The notes beneath the pieces were generated by a model. It did no database searches. It saw only the letters and a program-made list of their open reading frames with translations, and had not been told where the DNA came from. From assembly GCA_045586685.1 (NCBI GenBank), contig JAZNAU010000032.1, positions 13,115 through 77,114 on the forward strand: DNA of 64,000 nt, given 5' to 3'. Below, one piece after another: positions 29,541-41,155 of the stretch. The position numbers were made by a program, and so were the translations under genes. Origin of the DNA: Clostridia bacterium. GTDB taxonomy: Bacteria > Bacillota > Clostridia > HGM11514. Numbering within the stretch: the stretch's first letter is position 1; each line of letters begins with the position of its first letter.

Positions 29541-30461
29541 TTATTCCATATCGTATTCTCCGGTGAAGTTGGGTTCAATGGAAACATTGAATGTAACTTG
29601 TGTCGTGAGGAAAGTTCCCGTGATATCGGTAGCGAACGACCTTCTGACCGGAACATTGTTCAATAAAATTTCTATTGGGGATATAACTTCGTTATACAGG
29701 ACAGCCATTGTGTTTACAAGTTCCTTGTCCTGCACGAGAAAAGACGCACTTCCGAGTAGGGTATATCCTTTCCGGTCCTTGAAAAAATTATGATCTTGTC
29801 TGCAAATGGAGGATATTTCTACCATATTTCTATTCATGCAGGAAACCTCTCCGGATAACGGGTGATATGTATCAGCCACAGCATCCATCATGAAGCTGCA
29901 TGTGCATTTGGAAATATCCACTCCGGCTTTTCTTGCATCTTCCGCATCTTTTTTTTCAGTAAACAGATTTATTACTGAAAATGGACTTCTTAAAAGAATG
30001 TCTTTTGTATCATTATCTTCAGCAGAATAATTTTTCAGTACACCGTAATATGCCTCTTTCCGGTTGGCATTTGAATAGTCCACCTTTATATTCTTCAGAT
30101 CCGTAATATCATATCCGGTTTCATCCTTTCCCTGTAACCAAAAGATAATGTCATATTTGTTGTCATTACCAATCTCAATATTTATCTGTCCCGGATTTTT
30201 CCCTTCTATGGGAACGATACCGTAATTGTAGCTTCTGCTGTCAAAACCTGTTTCGATTTTCTTACCGGTGTCGGAATCGTATATGGCAAAGAAGAGGTTC
30301 ATACCGTCCGGATCCGACGACAAAGCGTTTCGGGTATCTACCGTTGTCGTAAAGTTGACGGTTTTCACTCTCATTTCATTACTGTTCATGTCATTTTCAG
30401 AACAACTGTATATAAATGTTGTCAATGAAAGTATGGCTGTTTTCAAATAGATTCTTTTCAT
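29541..30461 (-). CDS. Pilin-like lipoprotein (DUF6562-like)
   Basis: Lipobox IYSC, LRSPFSVIN, NVPVRRSFATDITG and terminal FNVSIEPNF. Confidence 0.65.
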   Translation of the reverse strand: MKRIYLKTAILSLTTFIYSCSENDMNSNEMRVKTVNFTTTVDTRNALSSDPDGMNLFFAIYDSDTGKKIETGFDSRSYNYGIVPIEGKNPGQINIEIGNDNKYDIIFWLQGKDETGYDITDLKNIKVDYSNANRKEAYYGVLKNYSAEDNDTKDILLRSPFSVINLFTEKKDAEDARKAGVDISKCTCSFMMDAVADTYHPLSGEVSCMNRNMVEISSICRQDHNFFKDRKGYTLLGSASFLVQDKELVNTMAVLYNEVISPIEILLNNVPVRRSFATDITGTFLTTQVTFNVSIEPNFTGEYDME

Positions 30462-30489
30462 GTGTATTCCTTATTTATCTGTTAGACAT

Positions 30490-31470
30490 TCAATTATCTT
30501 TCCAGTCTTCGACTGTTGCATCAAAAATTATGGGTTGTAGAATTCTTGTCGGTATCAAACCGTTTATATTATACCAGTCACATCCATGTTCAAGAGTTAT
30601 ATTTATCTCATGAGTGCAATCCATAAGCCATTTGTCCTGGAAGGGTATGGCAACATAAGCGAAACCGCTGTCATTGCCACACCATATTGGGACATCATAA
30701 TTTTCTTGATAGCCTTTTGATGCATCACAAATATTGAATATCCTGCATCCTAACAGGATATAGCTTCCGTTCCCTTTATGTGGTATTGATTCCGGATTCC
30801 AAGAAATTAGTGACTGGGGTATGATCGGAACGGGATTATCAAGACTAATTTTTATGGAATCTTGCGGATGTACCCCGATTGTATCCGTATTGACGGATAT
30901 AAAATCTCCTTGTCCGGTATATTTCCACTCGGCGTCGATGCCATTGAACGGGAACAAGAACTTGCCTTTCTTTGCAATGTTGAATATATTGATTTCCCTT
31001 ATTTCAAGAAACAGATTTTCCATTCTGTTTCTGACGGTAAAAGTAAGATTGGCAAAAGCATCATGGAATGTTATGGAAGAACAATCTGTCTTGTTGCTTT
31101 CGATTACTGCATAATTGAATCTATCGGTATAGATATCGTCCTTATTCTGTGAGTATCTGATTGATGGTCTGTTTCCATCAAGAAAAAAAGTTCCACCACT
31201 ACCATCATATACATAGGCAGTATAGTTTTTTTTATCAGTAGTATAATCGGCTAAAGGATTGTCTTCATTGTGTTCCAAATCTATATATTCATAGAAGTCA
31301 TTACCTGATGAATCAAGAATGACCACATTTGATGTTCTCGATTGTACATTGCCTTGATTGAGTTCAATAATCTCATGGGATGGAATTATCTGATCCAAAG
31401 TTTCATCAAAGACACAGGAAGACATCATCAATGGAATGCATACAAGTACGTTGGAATATAACTTTTTCAT
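30490..31470 (-). CDS. Fimbrillin-like lipoprotein
   Basis: Lipobox MSSC, FHDAFA, IIPQ and C-terminal IIFDATVEDW strand. Confidence 0.7.
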   Translation of the reverse strand: MKKLYSNVLVCIPLMMSSCVFDETLDQIIPSHEIIELNQGNVQSRTSNVVILDSSGNDFYEYIDLEHNEDNPLADYTTDKKNYTAYVYDGSGGTFFLDGNRPSIRYSQNKDDIYTDRFNYAVIESNKTDCSSITFHDAFANLTFTVRNRMENLFLEIREINIFNIAKKGKFLFPFNGIDAEWKYTGQGDFISVNTDTIGVHPQDSIKISLDNPVPIIPQSLISWNPESIPHKGNGSYILLGCRIFNICDASKGYQENYDVPIWCGNDSGFAYVAIPFQDKWLMDCTHEINITLEHGCDWYNINGLIPTRILQPIIFDATVEDWKDN

Positions 31471-31503
31471 AAATGTAAGTTTTAATATTAAACCTGATAA
31501 AGC

Positions 31504-31827
31504 TTATGCTGCAAAATTTCCGATATTGTCAACCGCGAACATCCCGGCATTGACATGGATATATTTGCCTTCATTTTTGTTCCAACCTGTATGGAACCAT
31601 TGTTTCCATACAGGAAGGTTCTTTTGAGGTTCCATTTCCTTGTACAGTTCCCAGAAATCATTGAAATCCTTTACATATACAACCATTCCTCCATTAAGGA
31701 GAACGGTTCTCAGATAAAACGCATAAAGTTCTGCGTTCTCTTTCTTCTCAAAAACGGTTTTCTTCACATTGAAGAATGTCCGTCCGTCTTGGATGAAATT
31801 CTTGATTAAACAACCTTTGATAGCCAT
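31504..31827 (-). CDS. Hypothetical protein
   Basis: 107 aa, first gene after the duplicated leader. Confidence 0.65.
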   Translation of the reverse strand: MAIKGCLIKNFIQDGRTFFNVKKTVFEKKENAELYAFYLRTVLLNGGMVVYVKDFNDFWELYKEMEPQKNLPVWKQWFHTGWNKNEGKYIHVNAGMFAVDNIGNFAA

Positions 31828-31842
31828 AATAAAGTTTTTTAG

Positions 31843-31934
31843 TTTTGGCTGTAAGGCTCAGCCGGGTTACTATTATAACAGGATAGCCTTCATATCCCGC
31901 AACAAAGGTATGAATAATAAACGATACTACCAAA
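31843..31934 (-). promoter_or_regulatory. Class-2 promoter plus duplicated 56-nt leader
   Basis: TTTG-GTAGTATCGTTTATTATTCA-TACCTTTG at 31903-31934. The leader matches 19622-19677. Confidence 0.8.
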
Positions 31935-32070
31935 TAATAATATAAATAAAAATAGATAAATAAATAGATATTTAATTATAAATATAAAAATATATATAAT
32001 TATATATTTGAAAATAAGGGATGTACCCTTTCGAATACATCCCTGCCAAAAAGATACGGAGGGTAGGTAT

Positions 32071-32229
32071 TTAATATCCCATATCTTTGATTGAGCTTCT
32101 TCCGGTACAGTTTTCGTATTTTTTCTTCAGTTTCATTTCGTAGGCAAGGGAATACTTTTCCTTCTTGACGAAAACGACTGTATATCTGTTTATTCTTACT
32201 GGTATTCTTGAATCATCCTTATTTCCCAT
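32071..32229 (-). CDS. Small basic protein (52 aa)
   Basis: MGNKDDSRIPVRINRYTVVFVKKEKYSLAYEMKLKKKYENCTGRSSIKDMGY, between HU and the hairpin at ~32017-32044. Confidence 0.45.
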   Translation of the reverse strand: MGNKDDSRIPVRINRYTVVFVKKEKYSLAYEMKLKKKYENCTGRSSIKDMGY

Positions 32230-32244
32230 GTCATGTGTATTAAG

Positions 32245-32523
32245 TTATCCTTTCATTGAATATACCCTGAATTTGGCATGAGCCTTGAATTTGACTTTTT
32301 CCCCTGCAGGAATGGTTATCTTTTCTTTCCGGTGCATGTCATACCCCATCTTTTCTTTCGTTTCAATGATTGTAAAAGTACCGAAGTCCTTCAACACTAC
32401 ATTTTCCTTATTGTTGATGGCATTGCTGATCTCACATAATATGGCTTCCATGGCCTGTCCAATCACTTTCTGTGATAACCCGGTTTTTTCCGAGACATTT
32501 TTTATAATTTCAGACTTTATCAT
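32245..32523 (-). CDS. HU/IHF-family DNA-binding protein
   Basis: MIKSEII..VSEKTGL..FGTF..KITIPA..VKFKA. Class-1 motif at 32547-32582 upstream. Confidence 0.9.
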   Translation of the reverse strand: MIKSEIIKNVSEKTGLSQKVIGQAMEAILCEISNAINNKENVVLKDFGTFTIIETKEKMGYDMHRKEKITIPAGEKVKFKAHAKFRVYSMKG

Positions 32524-32606
32524 ACTCTTTTTTTTATTTGTTTTTGCAAAGGAAATCCGTGTTGTTATCAAAAAATTCACTTTTGGAAAAAAACCGAATA
32601 AATAAT

Positions 32607-35600
32607 TTATCGACATAATCCTTTTTGGCTTTTAATTTCTTCTTGAATGACTGATACATATCTTTCCGCATATCCTACGGAAACAGGATTATCCTTTCCT
32701 TCAATGAACAAATGTATATTGTTCTCATCCTTTTTAACGGCTACCACCTTCCCTGTTGTTATTTCCGGTATATCTATGGTCTTTCCCAAGAATTGGGAAT
32801 AATACAGTTCCATTTCATCAACAGTGGCATCTGACTCTAAATATTCAGGATTTCTTGAAACAAACATTTCATAAGCCAGTTCTTCAATTCTTTCTCCGCT
32901 GTCAAGACGTTTCCGGTCCTTTTCCTCCAACGGTAGGGAAAGATATTCCCCATTGACAATGGCAGAGATGAATGTATCCGATCCTTCTTTGAATCCTTTA
33001 TTTGTCTTTATATGTATATCTTCTATGGTTACATTTTTCTTTTCCTGTTCCTTATCTATTTCTTTCAGGGCATTCTTTATTTTTTGTTCCAATTCCTTTG
33101 CTTCCCGTTTCATTTCTGCAAGCAGTTTTTCCTTTCCCCATACCTTTCCTTGCAGTCCTTCAGTCATTTCCAGGATATTCTTCTTGTTTTTGGCAATTTC
33201 ATCTTCCATATATTCCGCCCTTTTCCCCAGGGAATTTCCTATGTCCTCCAGCCAACCAATGGTATCCGCATGGCTTAACGGAATTTTTCCACTGTTTGTA
33301 CTGTACATCCTACCGCTTTCCTTTCCTATTATGCCGAATCCGTAATATCCGAAGTCATCCTTTTTCATATATACATCATGTCCATTATAGGAACCTACTA
33401 TGATATTGTTAATGTTACTGCCTGTATGTTTGAGTTCATTCAAATATTTTCCCACTTCCTTTCCGTAGAGACTGTTTCCTTCCCTATCCTTGAATCCGTT
33501 CTTTTCTGAAGCAAGGAAGGAGTTATAATCTTTGTGCATGTCATTTGATGCTTTTGTCAGTGATTCATTCTTTTCCTTAAGATACTGGCATTTTCTTTCT
33601 GTATAGAGAATGTCTTTCTGAAAGAGCATCCGTTCCTTTTCCAACTGCTTGATTTTCTTGTCAAGCTTCGCTTTTTCAAGGAGGTCAGTATTACCGGATA
33701 ATATGGCCACATATTCCGCAAAGTTCATTCCGCTATTTTCGTCCATAGAACCTTCATCCATGGAACGGCTTCCAAGCTGTTGACTTTTCAGTTGGGTAAT
33801 GAACTGCTGTTTATTCTGCAATAGATTGAACTTGTAGGCATCCAAGGACATTTCCGTTGCATAAGTGATTATTTTTACTTTGTTTCCTGCAAATTCCTTT
33901 GCGACAATGTTACCTTTTCTGATGGCCCTTCCGTTCCTTTGTTCCAAATCGGACGGGACCCAGGGAGTATCAAGATGATGTACGGCAACTGCTCTTTTCT
34001 GTGCATTTACTCCAGTTCCGAGCATGGATGTACTTCCGAATGCAATTCTTACTTTGCCTTCCTGCATGTCTTCTATCAATTTCTTCTTCTGTTTTTCCGT
34101 CTTGCATTCCTGAATGAACCTTATTTCTGATTCCGGGATGTCGCAGTCTCTCACTAACTGCTCCTTTATTTCGGAATACACGTTCCATTCACCTTCCTTA
34201 TATGTTCCCAAGTCGGAAAATACGAACTGTGTTCCCTTGCAATGGTCGAAATCACAATATAGTTTATACAGTTCTTTCACACAATAGTCCACTTTCCCGT
34301 CTATTTCATCTGCATATTTGTAAGGATCAATCATTCGCATGTCAAGAGCCATCTTTCGTGCATAATCCGTTGCAATCAGCATCTTCGCCTTTTCTTCCGT
34401 TTCGGATAGTTTTCCCCTGCCGAGTAACTCCCCTTTTCCGGTTTTCGCAAATTCAATCAAGGTCTTGTTGAACTCCTGTTGTGCTGGAGTGGGAGGTATA
34501 TTTATAAAAATATGTTCAGCTTCAGGTCTGTCTATACCTATCATGTCGGCTGTTCTGTAATCCGTAATTTGATTATAAAATATGGCCAGTTCCGGAACTT
34601 TGACGAAATAACGGAACCGTTCTTTCTGTATGATGCTATTTGTAACGGAGAATTCGAAGTCTGTTGATTTTCGTGTATAGATGGCCGCCCATGCATCGAA
34701 ACATGTTATACCTTGTTTATCCAAGGCTTTTGGCCGTAGATATTTGAAAAGGGCATAAAGTTCCGTCAAGGAATTGCTTATTGTTGTTCCGGAAAGGAAT
34801 GTTGCTCCCAAATCCTTTCCCGTCCGTTTCTGTATGTCTCTGATAGCAAAGAAAAGGTTCAGTGCCTTTCCGCTACCGGTCGTATTCCCTATACCTGCTA
34901 CACGCTGGTGTCTGGTATTGAAAGTGAGGTTCTTGAACTTGTGGCTTTCATCGACGAAAATATGGTCAATGCCCATGCTTCTGAAATCAATGTTGTCATC
35001 TGTATTCTCGTTTATTTTATTGATAACCATATTCAGTTTGGCTGCAAGATTTTCTTTTCTTGTTTCCATTCCTTTTATGAGCTTCTTGCTTATGGAAGTG
35101 CCTGATTTTCCCAATACTTCCAGAGATTCTTCTATGTCATTGATTTCTTCGAGGAATATTTCCTTTTGGATTTCCAATGCCTGGGGTATTTTCTTGAACT
35201 GCTCATGGGTAAGGATAATGCAGTCCCAGTTGTTGTTCTTGATATCCTTGAACAAGGCTGCCCTTTTCTTGGGAGTGAAATCATCCTTTTGTGGATAAAG
35301 GATTTTTGCGTTCGGGTACGCTTTTTGAAAAGTATCCGCTATTTCGTGTACATTGGCCTTCAGAGCAATGATCATCGGTTTGTGTATCATTCCTATCCGT
35401 TTCATTTCATAAGCGGCCACACACATAATCATGGTTTTCCCAGAACCTACCTGATGGTCACATATACCTCCTCCGTTCTGTTTAATCATCCATATCGCAT
35501 CTTTCTGTGACGGATAAAGTTCCTTGTAGTCAAATTTGTCAAAGGACAGACCGGGGAAAGTCTGGCAGGAACCGTCATAATGTGGCCTGACAAAACAGTT

Positions 35601-38111
35601 GAACCTTTCGTTGTATGTATCTGCCAAAGCGTCCTTTGTCCTTACATCCCTTGCATCAAGCCATTCTATGAACCTTTCCTGCATATCCTGTATCTTGCTT
35701 GCCGCCAGTTGCGTAGCTTCCGCATCCACTTCCTTTGTTTTTTCATTTCCCTTATAGACTGTTTTCGTTATTTGCGGGAATGTATTGTACATGGCATTCA
35801 GCATTATGTCTTCCGCCGCCAGTTTCCATTCCACACCCCAAAGAGATTGGGCAGCGGATGAATATTCTTTCATCTTCACTGTAAACGTGTCCTGTCCGGT
35901 AAAATATTCTATTTTTGTCGGCACCTTGAATATTTCCGTTGCAAAATCAGAATAGATGTCACATGAAATCCATCTTTCGCCAAAATTGAAGTCCAGTTCC
36001 TCGAAGGGGATTTTTTCAGGCTTCCCTTCTTCCAGTGCTTTCAAAGAGTTTTCTATGTCTTCCTTATAATTTTCGCAGTATTCATCCATCAGGAAAGGTT
36101 TGAACTGATTTATCTTTTCATAGACATTCCCTGCAATCATTCTGCTTCTGATTTCCCATTCATCTTCTACCGGATTATATAGAATCCTGTCTTTTAATGC
36201 ATTGAGAATTTCTTCTTCGCTTTTCTTTGAATAATGTCCTATATATGTCAAATCAACTTTTCCGTTGAAGTTTAGCGAAGCTGCCAACGCTTCTTCAACG
36301 GTCATGGTTTCTTCTTCCTTGTTTTTACGGAATGAGACTGGTTCAGAAAAGATATCTGCCTTTATTCTCTTTCCGTTTTCGTATCTCTCAAGTGCAAGAA
36401 TTTCATCCGCCGCTGGATCCATCATGATAACAGGAGCAGCCTGTTTCTCTCTGAGACCACCGTATCTTTCCACAAAAGAATCATAGGCATCATTCAGCAT
36501 ATGACGGAATCCCTCGTTTTCTATCTGATGTTCATGTTCAAAATCGAAAAGTTCCCAGTATTTGTTCCGGATGGCAATATAGGATGAAAGGATATTTCTC
36601 TCGATAAGTGATATTCTTTCATGTGGGTTAAACATATATTTCCCGTTTTCGATGGAAAGTGTACCGACCTGTCCTTCATAATTTACGGTTATGCCGGTTT
36701 GATAATGGTTACTCCACCATGTGCCGTTGAATTCTCTTTTTCCTGTATTGCTTTGTAAAGGTACAGTATTCTGTTTCCTTTTCCTCTTTCCTGTTCCCTT
36801 AATCTGTGTTCTTTCTTCCGCTGTCAGTCCGAAAAGGTCAAAAAGAGACAGGATTTCCCCTCCAAGCACGTTCTTTGTGTCATCTTCTTTCCTTTCATTG
36901 CTTACCTTAACCCGATTCAGTAATTCTTTCTTGTATTTTTCCTTGAAGTCCCTATCAACAATATCTTTCAATTCATCAGCAATAATCACATCACAAGGGT
37001 CAAACTTAACAGTTATTTTTCCGAATCTGTCTGTAGTTTCATAAGGGTCACCTATATAGTTCGGGTAGTCCACCGGTGAAAACAGATAATCACCATTGAT
37101 ATATCTGTTTTGTGAAATCATACCGTAAATTCCTTCCTGCCCGTTTTCAAATTTCCGTACGTCCCATTCCCTTGTTTCCGTGAACATTCTCTCCTTTTCT
37201 GACATTCCATTTTTCCGGCTGTTCTTCTGAAGAATAATCAGGTCACTTCCTACTTCCACACCTGCTTCGGATTCAAACAGATTATCAGGTAGTCTGACAG
37301 CGGAAACAAGATTGGAATTTTGCATGAGATATTCCCTTATGGGTTTGTTCATCTTTGCATCCGCCAAACCTCTTGATGTTATGAATACAATCAGACCTCC
37401 TTCCTTTACGGCGTCCAGAGCTTTAACAAAAAAATAGTTGTGTATTTTAAGGGTAGAAGATTTCTTCACCTTGTCCTTTGAATTGGATAGTATCGGATCA
37501 AACACCCGGAAATCTCCGAAAGGGATATTTGATATGGCGAGGTCATATTTACCCATATCTGCAGCAGGTATAGTCTCGAACCCGGCTATATTAACTTTTG
37601 TTTCCGGTTCAAGGGATGTAAGTATGAGTCCTGTCAGTATATCTTTTTCATAAGCAGTCTTTTCCAACTTGTCCGCCGTTTCGGTTCCATCGAACGCATG
37701 AAGGAATCTTCCTGTTCCTGATGATGGATCTATCATGGTCTGTATTGCTCCAGGTGCTGCCTTTGATAGAATTTCTCCCAAAGTCTTGATGAAATATTCA
37801 GGAGTATAGAAAGCTGTAAGAACGGATGATTTTACACTTTCCATATATTCTTTTCTTTCTCTGTCGTCCTTCGTGTTTACTCCAATGATACGATTCAGCT
37901 CCACAACGGCAGGGTAAAGGGATTGGTCTTCTTTGCTCCAGTCTTTCACAGGTCTGGTGTCTATGACACATTTCAGCCCACCGAATCCGGTATATTTCTT
38001 TAGGATCTCCCGTTCCTCTTCATTTGCTTTCCTATTTTCCGCTTTAAGTTCAAAAGCTTTCTGTATAGCATGTATGTTAGCTATGAGTGCGGTTTTCTTA
38101 TTGTAGGCCAT
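32607..38111 (-). CDS. N6-methylase / SNF2 helicase fusion (DarB-like)
   Basis: 1834 aa. [43 protein letters not shown]. Confidence 0.9.
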   Translation of the reverse strand: MAYNKKTALIANIHAIQKAFELKAENRKANEEEREILKKYTGFGGLKCVIDTRPVKDWSKEDQSLYPAVVELNRIIGVNTKDDRERKEYMESVKSSVLTAFYTPEYFIKTLGEILSKAAPGAIQTMIDPSSGTGRFLHAFDGTETADKLEKTAYEKDILTGLILTSLEPETKVNIAGFETIPAADMGKYDLAISNIPFGDFRVFDPILSNSKDKVKKSSTLKIHNYFFVKALDAVKEGGLIVFITSRGLADAKMNKPIREYLMQNSNLVSAVRLPDNLFESEAGVEVGSDLIILQKNSRKNGMSEKERMFTETREWDVRKFENGQEGIYGMISQNRYINGDYLFSPVDYPNYIGDPYETTDRFGKITVKFDPCDVIIADELKDIVDRDFKEKYKKELLNRVKVSNERKEDDTKNVLGGEILSLFDLFGLTAEERTQIKGTGKRKRKQNTVPLQSNTGKREFNGTWWSNHYQTGITVNYEGQVGTLSIENGKYMFNPHERISLIERNILSSYIAIRNKYWELFDFEHEHQIENEGFRHMLNDAYDSFVERYGGLREKQAAPVIMMDPAADEILALERYENGKRIKADIFSEPVSFRKNKEEETMTVEEALAASLNFNGKVDLTYIGHYSKKSEEEILNALKDRILYNPVEDEWEIRSRMIAGNVYEKINQFKPFLMDEYCENYKEDIENSLKALEEGKPEKIPFEELDFNFGERWISCDIYSDFATEIFKVPTKIEYFTGQDTFTVKMKEYSSAAQSLWGVEWKLAAEDIMLNAMYNTFPQITKTVYKGNEKTKEVDAEATQLAASKIQDMQERFIEWLDARDVRTKDALADTYNERFNCFVRPHYDGSCQTFPGLSFDKFDYKELYPSQKDAIWMIKQNGGGICDHQVGSGKTMIMCVAAYEMKRIGMIHKPMIIALKANVHEIADTFQKAYPNAKILYPQKDDFTPKKRAALFKDIKNNNWDCIILTHEQFKKIPQALEIQKEIFLEEINDIEESLEVLGKSGTSISKKLIKGMETRKENLAAKLNMVINKINENTDDNIDFRSMGIDHIFVDESHKFKNLTFNTRHQRVAGIGNTTGSGKALNLFFAIRDIQKRTGKDLGATFLSGTTISNSLTELYALFKYLRPKALDKQGITCFDAWAAIYTRKSTDFEFSVTNSIIQKERFRYFVKVPELAIFYNQITDYRTADMIGIDRPEAEHIFINIPPTPAQQEFNKTLIEFAKTGKGELLGRGKLSETEEKAKMLIATDYARKMALDMRMIDPYKYADEIDGKVDYCVKELYKLYCDFDHCKGTQFVFSDLGTYKEGEWNVYSEIKEQLVRDCDIPESEIRFIQECKTEKQKKKLIEDMQEGKVRIAFGSTSMLGTGVNAQKRAVAVHHLDTPWVPSDLEQRNGRAIRKGNIVAKEFAGNKVKIITYATEMSLDAYKFNLLQNKQQFITQLKSQQLGSRSMDEGSMDENSGMNFAEYVAILSGNTDLLEKAKLDKKIKQLEKERMLFQKDILYTERKCQYLKEKNESLTKASNDMHKDYNSFLASEKNGFKDREGNSLYGKEVGKYLNELKHTGSNINNIIVGSYNGHDVYMKKDDFGYYGFGIIGKESGRMYSTNSGKIPLSHADTIGWLEDIGNSLGKRAEYMEDEIAKNKKNILEMTEGLQGKVWGKEKLLAEMKREAKELEQKIKNALKEIDKEQEKKNVTIEDIHIKTNKGFKEGSDTFISAIVNGEYLSLPLEEKDRKRLDSGERIEELAYEMFVSRNPEYLESDATVDEMELYYSQFLGKTIDIPEITTGKVVAVKKDENNIHLFIEGKDNPVSVGYAERYVSVIQEEIKSQKGLCR

Positions 38112-38520
38112 ATTTTTCCAGATAAAGTTTGATAGAACCGGTAATGAGATAATAAAGTTTCATGTAATTGACACTATCCTGAAATTCGTCATCAATGTCC
38201 GGAAACTTCTTGAATTCCTCTTTGGTATATTCCATCATCTGCATGATGAATTCATGTTTCTCGTAGTCATTTATATCAAATTCTTCTTCTACAATTTCCT
38301 TCACCAAATCATAGGCTGAGAATTTCAAGTCTTTATAAAGGACAATTAAGGCTTCACGCTTCGCTTCATTAACATTCATGCCCATGTGCGAACAACGCTC
38401 GAATTCATCTTCAGCCAGTCCGCTTCTTGCATTGATGAATTCCGTGTCTTCAATTTTATCCGGGTGGTGCTGCACCATAAAATCCGTCAATACCAGTTTG
38501 AAATAAGATAGATGTTCCAT
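38098..38520 (-). CDS. DUF1896-like protein
   Basis: LSYFKL.L..FM..HHPDK..D.EFI..R. Sits upstream of the methylase/helicase, the usual position for this family. Confidence 0.75.
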   Translation of the reverse strand: MEHLSYFKLVLTDFMVQHHPDKIEDTEFINARSGLAEDEFERCSHMGMNVNEAKREALIVLYKDLKFSAYDLVKEIVEEEFDINDYEKHEFIMQMMEYTKEEFKKFPDIDDEFQDSVNYMKLYYLITGSIKLYLEKYGLQ

Positions 38521-39973
38521 TTGATTTTCTTTTTTTGTTTCTCCGCACAAAGAAAGCCCGGTTGGTTATCAAAAAAGGCACTTCTTCCTTTAATTTTTGA
38601 TGTTCCAATGACGGCATGATTCCGTAAAGTTCAAAATACACAAAATCATACAGTCTTTTCCTGCTAAGGAAAGGCTTGTATTCGTTTCTTTTCCGGAACT
38701 GTTCATGATACCTTCTCATGGTTATCTTCCAAGCGTACTGATGTTGTTTTTCCATTATCTTTCGGATGGAAGTGACTTTGGACAGGTCTTCTTCTATATG
38801 GAAGAAGAATTTCACTCTCGGATGCCGTTCTATCATGTTCCGGATATACTTCCTTGCGTTGAAGTGCTTGAGCATACCGAGATAAGAGTTTATCCTGCTT
38901 ACATAATCCTCTATCTTGTGGGTGTGCTTCATATAGTCGGGAAGCTCGTCAATATCCCGTAATACCCGACGGAACCCGCCACGAATTCTTTTTCCTGGTA
39001 ATAACGCCTTTCCCTTGATGATTGCACCCAAGAACGGGATTCCCTGTTTGTAATGCAACACCCTAATCTTGTCGGGATGGAGTACAAGACCCATTGATTT
39101 GAGGAATTCCTTTAACACCTTTACGATGTTCAGAAGAAATTCCTTGCTCTCATGAACGATGTAGAAATCATCCACATATCTGCCATAGAATCTTAACATG
39201 CTCTTGCAGAAATGGTCGAAAGGAGAGAGGTAGAAGTTACCGAGCATCTGTGAAGGCAATGCACCGATGGTAAGACCTTTCTTGTTGACATCCATATCCG
39301 CTGTATATTCACCGTCATAATCGCATGGTTTGGGTGCTCCGCAACACGAGAATACGGATTTGTTGTCAGGGAGCTCCCTCCATAATTTCCTGTTTCCACG
39401 AATCACTACATTGTTCAGCGGTGAATTGAACAGGAACACATGAAGCTGCCATAGCAACTTTTCCTTGTCATTATTGTGGTACTTTTCTTCCACGAACGCT
39501 TTCAGTTTCTCCCAAAGATTTCCACGGACTATACTCATGAAATAACCTTTGATGTCACCAAGAAGGATATAACAATCCTTTGTGAAATTGGCGGAGCATT
39601 GGGCAATGAACCTCTGCAATCGTTTGATACCGAAAAGGGTTCCCTTCCCCTTACGGCAGGAATAGCAGTCGTATATGAATTCCTTTTCAAAGAGAGGTTC
39701 CAACTTTTCAGATACGAAATGCTGGTCCACACGGTCCTTGAAATCCGGTGCGAAAATTTCACGAAGTACGGGTTTTGTAATAAGAAAGGTACGTGCCGGT
39801 AATGGGGCGTATGTTTCTGTTAGCAGTTCATTCCTCAGTTTTGGTAGAGCGGTCGTTATATGGAATGAAAATTCCTGTTCCTGTAGGGTGTTGCGTTTCC
39901 GCTTCCTGCAAGAACAATATCCATGATACAGTTCACCCATATCAACATCTGACTTCCGGATAGATTTAGCCAT
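38456..39973 (-). CDS. DGR reverse transcriptase
   Basis: REIFAPDFKDRV, YSCRKGKG, DIKGYFMSI, GLTIGALPSQ (DGR-type SQ motif) and YGRYVDDF. Adjacent to TR and avd. Confidence 0.95.
   Translation of the reverse strand: MAKSIRKSDVDMGELYHGYCSCRKRKRNTLQEQEFSFHITTALPKLRNELLTETYAPLPARTFLITKPVLREIFAPDFKDRVDQHFVSEKLEPLFEKEFIYDCYSCRKGKGTLFGIKRLQRFIAQCSANFTKDCYILLGDIKGYFMSIVRGNLWEKLKAFVEEKYHNNDKEKLLWQLHVFLFNSPLNNVVIRGNRKLWRELPDNKSVFSCCGAPKPCDYDGEYTADMDVNKKGLTIGALPSQMLGNFYLSPFDHFCKSMLRFYGRYVDDFYIVHESKEFLLNIVKVLKEFLKSMGLVLHPDKIRVLHYKQGIPFLGAIIKGKALLPGKRIRGGFRRVLRDIDELPDYMKHTHKIEDYVSRINSYLGMLKHFNARKYIRNMIERHPRVKFFFHIEEDLSKVTSIRKIMEKQHQYAWKITMRRYHEQFRKRNEYKPFLSRKRLYDFVYFELYGIMPSLEHQKLKEEVPFLITNRAFFVRRNKKRKSNGTSILFQTGIDGFYGAAPPG
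38548..38583 (-). promoter_or_regulatory. Class-1 promoter motif inside the RT 3' end
   Basis: AAGTGCC-TTTTTT-GATAAC-N13-TTTG, 28 bp before the DUF1896 ATG. Confidence 0.65.
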
Positions 39974-39997
39974 ATTGTCATTGATAGTATCTCCATA

Positions 39998-40122
39998 TCC
40001 CGCACGAACCGAACCCGATTGTTGTTGTTCTTATTGTTGTTGTTCACGTTGCCATTGTTGAAGTTCACGTTCCAGCCGTTGTTGGAAGAGTACTCTGAAC
40101 TACTCCAATAGTTGTTGGACGC
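39998..40122 (-). ncRNA. DGR template repeat (TR)
   Basis: 125 bp ungapped match to 41208-41332, with 17 AAC/AAT codons. Lies between avd and RT. Confidence 0.95.
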
Positions 40123-40247
40123 CAACCTTATCCTTTTATCCCGTGGGAAGGCTTCTTCCCAATCGTCTGTTAACCGGTCATCAGACCGGTAGATAAGCGA
40201 CATAAAGATACTAATTATCTTATTATTTACCTTTCGCTCTTTACCAG

Positions 40248-40619
40248 TTACCCTTCTGTAACCGGCACTTTAGCGGTCTTGTTTCTGAATCCGTTAATTT
40301 GTCTCTCTACGGAATCCAGTCTTTCCAATATGGCAGGGAAATCCTTATGCTGGAATAGTCCGAGTTGATGAGCTACATCCACCAATGTTTTCAACTCCGT
40401 CAGGTGTTCCATGAATACATCGAAAAAAGCCATTTTCTTTTCATAAATATCTTCTGTATATATATGGTAAAAATCCATAGGTAGATGGAGTGCTGAAGAT
40501 GTGATTCTTTCACCGAAAGTATATCGGTACTGGCGTGATGTCTTACCCATTGCTCTTTCTATCTCTGCTGTCAGTTCCACGGTCTGACGGTATAGAGGAA
40601 GTGAATTATATTGTCCCAT
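40248..40619 (-). CDS. avd: DGR accessory variability determinant (Avd, four-helix bundle)
   Basis: 123 aa. LPLYR..YRYTFGERI..QINGFR, directly upstream of the TR. Confidence 0.85.
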   Translation of the reverse strand: MGQYNSLPLYRQTVELTAEIERAMGKTSRQYRYTFGERITSSALHLPMDFYHIYTEDIYEKKMAFFDVFMEHLTELKTLVDVAHQLGLFQHKDFPAILERLDSVERQINGFRNKTAKVPVTEG

Positions 40620-40620
40620 A

Positions 40621-41094
40621 TCATTTCAACATATTCTGCCAATCGTTAATAAGCGTAATTGCTGCAACTGGTGTGAGTGTACCCAAATTCAGTTTCTTTA
40701 GCTGTTCGATAACTTCCTTTTCCCTATTGTTATTGGAAACGGTTATCACTTCATTCTTTCTCTTTCCTCCGCTTTTTTTGATGACATGGACATTCGTAAT
40801 ATCTTCAAGAGTTGTTTTTATTTCGTCACATTCAATCTCGATGTATTTTTTGAATTCTCCATTTTCATCTTTCAATGTAATGTTTTCAAGCATGGACGAA
40901 TTCTGAACGATACCGATACGGAGATACCAATCTCCGTTTTTCAGTTCATGTTTGAGAAAAACGACACTGCCGTTTATAAAATGACTGAAGCGTACAGCGG
41001 AATGGTTGTACGCTACATAGAAGATACCTTCTCTATAAAGTCGGATGATCTTTTCACCCGACTTTTCTAATGCTAATTTTTCTTTGACTTCCAT
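40621..41094 (-). CDS. MutS-like DGR accessory protein
   Basis: IRLYREGIFYVAYNHSA (MutS domain I-like) and LNLGTLTPVAAITLI (MutS C-terminal-like). Confidence 0.7.
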   Translation of the reverse strand: MEVKEKLALEKSGEKIIRLYREGIFYVAYNHSAVRFSHFINGSVVFLKHELKNGDWYLRIGIVQNSSMLENITLKDENGEFKKYIEIECDEIKTTLEDITNVHVIKKSGGKRKNEVITVSNNNREKEVIEQLKKLNLGTLTPVAAITLINDWQNMLK

Positions 41095-41155
41095 TGTTTT
41101 TTGCTGTTTGACAGCCTATATTTATTTTCTGACAATCATATTGCTTTTCTGACGA

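Noticed and set aside
38456-39973. RT as a group II intron, retron or Abi RT
   Set aside because: The SQ motif, avd and an adenine-specific TR/VR pair identify it as a DGR RT.
39856-40203. 115-aa Asn-rich ORF
   Set aside because: It is the open frame of the DGR template repeat and overlaps the RT start. It is most likely non-coding RNA.
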